Notes under the pieces: model-generated
The model's database searches: none
What the model was told of the DNA's origin: nothing
The model's input: the letters and a program-made list of their open reading frames with translations, nothing else
Source of the DNA: Eledone cirrhosa
Taxonomy: Eukaryota
Length of the DNA: 64,000 bases
Direction: 5' to 3'
Assembly: GCA_964016885.1 (NCBI GenBank)
Contig: OZ024740.1
Location: forward strand, 188,666,001 to 188,730,000
Program-made: the position numbers and the translations under genes
Shown: positions 62,491 through 64,000 of the stretch, one piece after another
How the letters are laid out: each line of letters starts with the position of its first letter
How positions within the stretch are numbered: position 1 is the stretch's first letter

Positions 62491-63878
62491 AATTATCATT
62501 ATTATTAACATCACCATCACTGTTTAATGTCTATTTTCGATACTTGCATGGGTTAAACAACTGTCATATGGGGAGGCCAGCCTGGTCAGGTGACGAGGTC
62601 CTGCTCATGCACTTTATTTTGGTTTGGTTTCTATGTCTGGATGCCCTTCCAAATACGAACCACTTTACCACCTGTACTGGGAGTATGGTTTCTAAGATGG
62701 ATGCCCTTCCTAATACTATTCACTTTACAGTGTGTACTGGAAGCATTTTAATATGCAGACACATAACATATTATCATTTGTACCAAGCCTAAGATATTTT
62801 GTTTTATATGCATACCAAACAATAAAATCTATCTAAATTCTGACGGTACTGTGACATTTTTCTATTTTTGATGGATGTGTCACATCCCAACATGAAATGA
62901 TTCCTTTCTTTATTCGGAATTTTAACATTTTATCTAAATTCCTACATCAAACAACATTCATTACATTTTCGTTAGAAATATACAATTTTAGAACTATTTC
63001 CTTGCTTATTTTCCCCATCATTTACAATTTTGTAGCTCTTCACAAATATAACCAAGTACACTAATTTTCTTGAAATTTTCATTGTGCCAAAATTTACTGA
63101 ATGTATTTTAAATTTGATGAATGTGATAACTGTAACAGAGTGATGAAGGCCAACTATTTTTCATCTCATATTTCACAATAAATCTTCTCTGTGTTCTCAA
63201 ATGTTGTCTGTATTTGTTAACCTGTTATACTTTTTAAAGGACCTTCATGAATTATGATTATATTTCTCTAGAAAGCTCTTGTGCTTTCATCAGATGTCAG
63301 AGCAAAAAATGTTAGTTCAATCTCATTTCATTTCTATTTATTACTAAATTTGTTGCTCATTAAAATATCACTGAAGAGAAAATGTTAGACTATAAACAAT
63401 AGTTCTATATTATGAATAACAATTTTATAATGTTGTAGTGGCACAATTCCAGAATTTCACTGTTTCAAGTTTTTCTCAAGATTAATTAAGTTGCTTATTT
63501 CTCTAGGTCAATAAAATAACAAAAATTTATGAGAATGTGGAATTCTGCCAGTTTTTCCAAAAGGGCAGCAGTCAGAATCTATAAGATTTAGCCTTCTTAG
63601 TATAAAGAAAATAAACAAGAAACATGATATATGCACATTAAATGTTAGATTTTAAAACAACTACAAAATTTCCTATTTACATCATAAGCAAATATTTATC
63701 TAAATAAGTAGAATTTAGGGGAAAGATAAAAAATAACAAACATTAAAGCTAGTAACATTAATTGTGGATTTTCCCTTGGGTTTTGTAAAACCTTAGTAAT
63801 TTATATTTTTTTATAGTATTAGCATTTTATCAATATGTACATTTCTAGTGATAAATTTCTTGAGTTTAAACAGTGTAA

Positions 63879-64000
63879 ATCATCATCATCATTTTACGTC
63901 TGCTTTTCCCTGCTTGCAAGGGTAGGACGAGAACGGATTCTGGCTTGATTTCTATAGCTGGATGCCCTTCCTAACACCAACCTCATTTACAGTGGGTGCT
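63879..64000 (-). mobile_element. SINE family B 3' end (runs off the window)
   Basis: (ATC)n followed by TTTTACGTCTGCTTTTCCCTGCTTGCAAG..GGATGCCCTTCCTAACACC. Confidence 0.85.

Overview
AT-rich, repeat-dense eukaryotic (metazoan) genomic DNA. The SINE types, RTE/CR1 LINEs and huge (TA)n arrays suggest a cephalopod such as Octopus (inference). No host gene can be firmly called; there are only a few candidate + strand exons. Most long ORFs in the track are Ile-Tyr artefacts of (TA)n arrays. The window holds three 5'-truncated Penelope-like retroelements (PLEs; RT and/or C-terminal GIY-YIG endonuclease), each with an inverted copy of its 3' end and each bounded by (TA)n. It also holds a near-complete CR1/L2-group LINE ORF2, many RTE-clade fragments, two CRE-like endonuclease fragments and at least two tRNA-derived SINE families. 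The main hidden signal is a set of type I hammerhead ribozyme (HHR) motifs read by eye: a U3-A8 core variant in PLE-1, a minimal HHR in PLE-2, a well-formed HHR inside a ~565-bp non-coding unit with terminal direct repeats (retrozyme-like), an HHR with a ~100-nt helix II, and several degenerate cores. Four ~180-200-bp fold-back mini-elements have a hairpin-plus-tail structure; three resemble the PLE-1 3' end, and one shares both of its end points. All folds were assigned manually and none was computed.
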